Assembly (NCBI GenBank): GCA_050613775.1
Contig: JBODTK010000160.1
Coordinates: 62,001 to 126,000 of the forward strand
DNA from: Neocallimastix sp. 'constans'
Lineage: Eukaryota
DNA length: 64,000 nt
Direction of reading: 5' to 3'
In this document: piece after piece, positions 56,601 through 64,000 of the stretch
Numbering within the stretch: the first letter of the stretch is position 1
How the letters are laid out: each line of letters starts with the position of its first letter
Notes under the pieces: model-generated
Told to the model about the DNA's origin: nothing
Databases searched by the model: none
The model's input: the letters and a program-made list of their open reading frames with translations, nothing else
Translations under genes and position numbers: made by a program

Positions 56601-58808
56601 TTGTTAAAAGTTCAAAATAAAAAAAAAAAAAAAGTTTCAGAATTTTAAAATAGTTTTAAAAGCATAAATTTTTTAAATAATACTTTAATAAAATTTGCTT
56701 TATGCTTTATTTTAATTATTAATTATTTATTTGATTTTAATAAAAATAAATATTTTTTTTTTATTTATTTTTATTTTTTATTTTATTTTATTTTATTTTT
56801 TGTTATAATATATTATCAGGTCTAGATTTAAAGATTTTCCTTTTATAATGTATTTGTAATTATTTAGTTGATATTATAAAAAAATATATCTATTTTTTTT
56901 ACTATAAAACATTGACAGTTTTATTTATAATAATTTTTATTTGTTTTATTTGTTTTATTTTTCATTTTTTATTTTTTTTTATTTTATAATTATAAAATTA
57001 TATTTTATATAATAATTTATTATTGTATATATATAAATATAAATACTATATATATCTGATTATTAAAAAAAAAAAAAAAAAGTGTTTTATCAAAAATTTT
57101 TTTATTATTATTTTATAGTTTTATATAAATCTAATTTTTTTTTTTTTTTTTTTTTTACTACTATTTTGAATTATCACAATTATACAAATAATAAAGTAAT
57201 TTATATTTTTTATTATAAAATAACGTATTATGTATTTCTGATGATTAAATATTAAATGCTAAAATTTAAATATTTTAGTTTATTATAAAATAAAGTATTG
57301 ATGATTAAATATTAAAAATAAAATAGTTAATGTTTCACTTTTTATTAAACAAAAATAACTGACCAAACAAACAAACAAACAAAAAAATAAAAAAAATAAA
57401 AAAAAAAACTAAAAAAATAAAAATAAAAAAATAAAATAAAAAACTAAAAAACTAAAAAAATAAAAAATAAAAAATATAAAAAAATAAAAGTTTAGGGTTA
57501 TAGAATTAAAAAAAAAAAAAAAATAAAATTTTAAAATTTTTAATTAAAGATTTTCCTTTAATTATGTTAACATGTAATTAAATTGATAAATTCTTCCAGG
57601 TTTTCGGTTATCTCTTTCTGGGAGAAGTTATATAATTTATATATTTTATTTATTAATATATTTTTATTTATTCATTGATTTATTTTATAATTATAATTTT
57701 ATTTAATTGAATACTAAATTTTATATAAGTTCATAATATTATTTGATATTATTAAACTACTTTTATAAAAAATATATATTAAAAATGGCAAAAATGGTTT
57801 GTTGCAATTGCCAAGAATAAATATTTAGAAAAAAAAAAAATATTCTTTATATAATACACTTTTATTATAAACTATTTTAAAATAATAATAAGAATTAATT
57901 ATTTAGTTAAATCTTATTATAAAAGGTATAATATAAATAATAAAATATTTATAATAATTATAATTATAATATAAAATATATATAAAAATATATATAAACA
58001 TATAATAAAATAAAATAATTAAAATAAATTAATTAAAATAAAAATATTAAAAAAAAAAAAAAAAAAAAAATAGACCCACATAATGAGTACCCATCTCCCA
58101 TTATGACCATACATAGTAATATATTGGTATACTAGTACAGCATCACTCCCTCCCCATGTCTTTATACATCTGCCTTGGGGCTGTATTCTCTAATATTCTT
58201 ACATATATCTTTAATTGACCATGAGCAATCGGAATAGGAACTATTCATCCCCTCCAGTGGGTGTAATCATTGGCAATGAGGTCATAATATCATTAGTGCG
58301 TATGATTAAAGTCGTAGCGTAGTTATCACAAGGGTTGGATCCAATATGGCTGCCAAGAGAAAGCCCTTTTGGATACCACTATGGTTTTATGATACCTCAG
58401 GATTTAGAAACCCTTGAAGCATTAATTATATGGCCATGTCAGGAATCAAACCAAGGGTCCTTAAACCGATAATTAAAATAATAATAAAACTCAATTATTT
58501 ATATTAACATAAAATTTTATGTTATATAAATTTTATGTTTACATTAATTTTATGTGTTTTATAGCATTTATGATGTCGAAATGCAATACTCCCATTATAT
58601 AATTCTAAGTTTATATCACGTTGCTTTTAGATCAGTATATAAATCATATGATAATAAATCTAGTGATCATTTAATGCTTCTTAATTTGTTTTTATGTAAT
58701 TACTAATAAAAATAATTTATTAATAATTAAAGTTTTTATTTTCATTTTATAATCAAAAAAGTAAAAAGGAATAATAATATAATAGTATGAAAAAAAATAC
58801 TAATAAAC

Positions 58809-58854
<46 letters not shown>

Positions 58855-59171
58855 TTTAAAAAACTCATTTTAATAAGCCGCAAAACAAAATCAATTATTT
58901 TTATCATAGAAAGTTAATATTTTTTGCCTTAAGATATGTTATATATATATTCATTATTATATAAAATATAAATATAAAATTAAAATTAAAAGTAATTTTT
59001 ATAAAGATAAGTGATTCATTTGAAAAGTCTTTTTATTATTTATTACTTTTATATTCATATATCTTATTATTTTATTTAATGTATAAATAATTAATAAATA
59101 TTATAAAGGATTTATAAGGAATGATTAATATATATTATATATATTAAGTATTTATAATAATAGTAATAATA

Positions 59172-59202
<31 letters not shown>

Positions 59203-59248
59203 AAAAAAAATAAAATAAATAAAAAAAAAAAAAAAAAAAAAACTATAA

Positions 59249-59284
<36 letters not shown>

Positions 59285-59496
59285 TAAAAATATAAAATAA
59301 AAATAATAATAATAATAATAATAATAAATAATAAAAATATAAAATAAAAGTTTAATACTATAATAATAAAACTATAACCATAGAATAATAATAAAATAAT
59401 AATAAATAGATATGCTAATAATTACTTTAATTGAATAAAGTGTTATTATTATTATCTTTTTATTATAGTTATTTTATTTTATTTTTATTTTTTTTT

Positions 59497-59527
<31 letters not shown>

Positions 59528-59912
59528 ATTTATTATTCTTTTTGTAATTTTAATTTTTTTTTTTTTTTTTTTAAATCTTTTTTTTTTCTTCTATTTACAC
59601 ATCTTTTATTAAATAATAATAATAAATAAATAAATATTGATATATTTGCTGTATGAATGAACTTTTGGATTTGAATATTGAGTTAAAATTAAATATAAAT
59701 TAAAAAAATTATAATAAAGAAATATCTAAAAATAAAAATAAAAAAAAAAAAAAAATAAAGAGAGTAAGATAAAAATAAAAATAAAATAAAAATTTTGAGA
59801 AAAGCAATAAAAATTGAAAAATTATTTGACTATTTTTCATTTTTATTTATAATTTATTCTATTCATGATAATTATATATATTACTTTGTTAAATATATGT
59901 TAAAATATAAAT

Positions 59913-59947
<35 letters not shown>

Positions 59948-60230
59948 CTATTGTAATAATAATAAATAATAATAATAATAATTTAATAATAAAATATAAA
60001 ATTATAAGGATTTTATATTCTATTTAATAATTAATTATATATTATATATGTAAAACTCTTTAAAAAACAATAATTCAATTTAATTTTTTATTAATTGTAC
60101 ACTATTATTATTATTATTAATTATTATTATTATTATTGTTTTCTTTTTTTTTTTTTTTTTTTTCTATTGATTTACTAAATTATTTTAATCAATGATTGAT
60201 AAAAATTAATAAATTATTGTGGATATTTAC

Positions 60231-63200
60231 TTATTTATTTAGTATATAATTTAAATTGGCACGATCTTTCATTTGTTGAGATGAAATATTATTCATTGAA
60301 TAATAAGTAGATTTTGTGGTATAATAATTTTGTGAATTTGGATTTGATAAAGTTGAATTTGCGTTTGGTATCATTTGTGTTTGAATATTAGCATTATTGG
60401 AAGCAGGAAGAGTTGACGGATTACCATTAATATTTTGAATGTAAGTTGAATTATTTTGATTTTCCATACCTAGAGATGGCATATTATTGGAATAAATATA
60501 GGATGGTTGCTGGTGATTTTGTCCTTGATTTTGTCTTTGAAAAGTTGTAGCCGCTGAATTTGTTGATGAATTCATATTATAAATAGGATTCTGTGGGGTT
60601 AGCGTATTAGTTTGTTGAGTTTGGGAAAAATTTTGATTTTGATTAACATAGGTTACTCCTCCTTGAACATTTGAAGAAGTAGCATACATTATATTTGTTT
60701 GCTGAGTAGGTTGAATTTGAGTTTGTGATTGATTTTGATTTTGATTATTAGGATTAGTTGAGGTATAAATGAATTGATGATTTTGTGAGGATTGCTGTGG
60801 TGAAATAATATTTGAAGGTTGTGGATGAGCCATTTGACCATGGTTTTGGGGAACTCCTCCTTGAACATTGGTTGGAGTATAAATTACTGGTTGATTCTGA
60901 GTTGAAGATGAAGACTGTGATGGATTAGAAATAGAATAAACTGAATAAGTATTAGAAATTGCTTGTTGTGGAGCTTGCGGTGGATGAGATTGTTGATTAT
61001 ATGATGATGATGAAGTACCTTGATTTGGGTAATAAGTTTGAGGTTGCGAATTAGAAAATAAGTTTACAACATTTTTTTTAATGTTGGTTTCATGGTTAGT
61101 TTGAGCTTGAACTTGTACTTGAGGTTGAGATTGAGGTTGAGGTTGAGGTTGTGTTGAAGTGGGTTGTTGCTGAATAGGTCCTATATTATTTTGAGGATGT
61201 GGTTGCATCTGACCTATACTACTTTGAGGATAGGTTATCCAAGCAGGTGTTTGATTTTGTTTAATAATATCTTGTTTTTGAGTATTATTTGAATTATTAT
61301 TATTATTATTATTAATCATAGAAAAAGTAGGGGAGGGTACATGGTTAACTTGTTGATTCGTTGGTTGAGGATTTTGCAATACAATGGAAGAATATTGAAT
61401 TGGCATTGCAAGACCTGGTGTTTGATTTCCAGATTTCACGACATGATTAATGGCAGTTTGCGCTGATGATTGACTTTGCTGAGCTTGAATTTGTTGAGCT
61501 TGTTGAGATTGGTGTTGATTTTGAGGATTAGAATAGTTACCTTGACTATTTATCATAGTTGGTGATGGATTAGAATGGGAATTGACCATTAAAGAATGTT
61601 GAGATTGTGATTGAACTTGATTTTGAATTTGTATCATATTTGGACTATTAAGGATTTGAGTTTGAGCATGAGGTGGGTTTGGTGTGGGAAGTTGAGATGA
61701 TATTAAAGTAATAGTATTAGATTGTGTAGCATTATTATAACCCTCATTAAATACAGGAGGTGATGGAATGGTCATTGTTGAATTATAATTATTTGGTATA
61801 TTTTTAATTTGTGATGACTGAGATATTTGTTGTGGTGGTGTATTTGTTAATGATGGATTAGTTGCATAACTTGGAAACATTTGAATAGGTGTTTGAGACA
61901 CAGTAGAATATCTTTGCTGCATTCCATAGGGGGAAGTAATAGTAGGGTTTGGCGAAGGATTATTTGATGTTATATTTGTAGGTGAAGAAATATTACTTGA
62001 TTTAATTGTAACATGATTTTGAGTAGAAAGTTTGTCTTGCTTCACAACTTGTTGAATCATAGGTGACTGTGATGGTGGGGTTAAAGGTGGTACAGTAGTA
62101 TTATAATTAGGAGAAGATATTATAGATGAAATTGTATTATTTGAATTTGATATATTTACGTTAGTAGTAGAAACTGTAGAATAATCTGTATTTGAAGTAT
62201 TGTTGGTGGTAATAACAGATCCAGTCTGTGGTATATATTGTACCGCATTTTGAGGTATAGATACTATAGTATTCGCTATAGTTGGAATGGATTGTTGTGT
62301 TGTAATAATATAATTATTATTATTAGAGTTTAAATTCTTTTTACTAGTATTACTATTATTATTTATGTTCAATTTATTATTACTACTGTAACTATTACTA
62401 TTACTATTATTATTAGTATTAGCATTAATATTACCATTATTAGTAGAAGTATTAATTTCTATATTTGTACTTGAATTTATTGTATTTTTTGTACTTTGAA
62501 TAGTCATTGATGGTGAAGATAGTTGAGTGCAAGCATCATTCTGTGAAGTTTTTGTATTATTATAAATATCAATTTTAACGTTTGATCCTGAAATATTTAA
62601 AGTTGAATTTGGCAAAAAATTTGACGCCTGACTGTTTGACTGAGTTTGTAATTTTTTATCTTCATCAGAAGCTTCAGAACCTTTCATAGTATTGCTCTTT
62701 TTCTTTTCTGTTTTTGAAATTTTTTGAGCTTTATTTGCTGATTGCTTTTTATTTCCTTTTCTTTTTTTCTTTGCAGCTGCGGCTTCTTCAACTTCTTTCA
62801 TAGATATTATACCTTGACTTAGCATATTATTCCATACATTTGCTACTAATGCACTATTAATACTTGTTAATCTATCACCTGCACTTTCAAGTACTTTTGA
62901 CCATAATAATCTCATATGTTCTGGTATTTTAGCATGTTGTTTTAATGTTCTACATAATCTAATATTATTTAGATATACGTATAAATATGTAAATTTCTTT
63001 ATATTATTTCAATATATTAAAATTACAGAAAATTTAATTTACCTTTCATGTGATGGTTGATATTTAAAGTTTTCTAATTGCTTTAATACAGCAGCTATTT
63101 ATTAAAATTTATATTATTAATTAATAATACATTAATAAAATGAAAATCTTATAAAAGGGAAACACATTTTTATATTTAATTTTTAATCCTTACCAGCATC

Positions 63201-63832
63201 CAAAAAACGATAGACCTCTATTATTACAATTTAAAAAGATTTTTTTTTTAATTTTTTTTTTTATTTTCAATAAAAAAAATACATGAATAAATTTTTTATT
63301 AATAAAAATTTTTATTAAAAATTTTAATTTTAAATAATTTTATTATTATACTTACGAGCTCTAAAAATATAAAAATATATATAAATTAAAAATTAATAGT
63401 CATTAATATATAGTGTTTAAAAAAATTAAAAAATATTTTTTATCATTTAATTTTAATTCTACTTCTTTTTTAATAAATTTAATTATTCATTTACCTTGAT
63501 ATCTTCCATTTTCTTCTAAAATAATCTTCTAATGTTGGATCAGTTGCTTTATATAATTTTTTACTACAAATATCATATGCCCCCATAACAGTTCTTTTAA
63601 ATTTTTCCTGTTTTTTTATATATTCTTCCCTATTAACATATAAATATACAAATTAATATATGTCATTTATTTTCACCTTTAACACCATAACAATAATAAA
63701 TAAAAAGATTTTTATAATAAAATTATTAAAAATTCGTTAAACATACTGATTTGCCGTATTTATAGCTTCAGTAGAGAGATCCATTGAGGATTCTGCTATT
63801 TTTAAATTGTATGCTACATTGACTTTTTCCAT
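60231..63832 (-). CDS. Spliced protein: N-terminal helical putative DNA-binding domain, basic NLS, ~800-aa Q/N/S/T-rich tail
   Basis: Exons 63832-63747, 63629-63495, 63360-63356, ~63217-63194, ~63094-63043 and ~62958-60231 join in frame at GT-AG sites. KKKRK is NLS-like. Further upstream exons are possible. Confidence 0.75.
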
Positions 63833-64000
63833 TTTAGTCTTTTTTTTTTTTTAAAAAAAAAAAAAAGAAAAAATAAAATTAAATTAAATTGATAATATAT
63901 TTTATCTAATGAATTTTGTTAATAGCTTAGTTTTTCATATTTCAAATGAAATTAGTATTTTTTGTTGGAATATGTTTCTCAATTACAATTACTGTTTTAT

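Noticed and set aside
57491..57500. Telomere-like TTTAGGGTTA
   Set aside because: Single unit, expected by chance.
58255..58310. U4 snRNA-like GGCAATGAGGTC
   Set aside because: The U6-pairing 5' end and the Sm site are not recognisable.

Overview
Very AT-rich eukaryotic DNA with GT-AG introns, homopolymer tracts and microsatellites. It most resembles an anaerobic gut fungus (Neocallimastigomycota); this is an inference from composition, a class II aldolase and an ARMH1-like gene. The first 22 kb is a retroelement island centred on one tRNA-Glu(CTC) gene. Upstream of the tRNA is an intact chromodomain Ty3/Gypsy element with 650-bp LTRs, an AAGTA TSD, a -1 frameshift signal and a Tf1-type self-priming PBS. 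Downstream is a head-to-tail stack of four or five RTE-like APE-RT LINEs joined at poly(A) tails. Next come a two-exon fructose-bisphosphate aldolase, a multi-exon ARMH1 homolog, a TLDc-like relic, and two intronless ABCC transporter paralogs separated by a decayed Ty1/Copia element and an ABC fragment. The window ends with a ~700-bp (TAT)n tract and a spliced gene (with a 5-nt microexon) whose N-terminal domain resembles a bacterial/phage family fused to a long Q/N/S-rich tail. Several GC-rich structured non-coding islands remain unexplained, one with a tRNA-like acceptor and T arm. All calls were read by eye; no searches were run.
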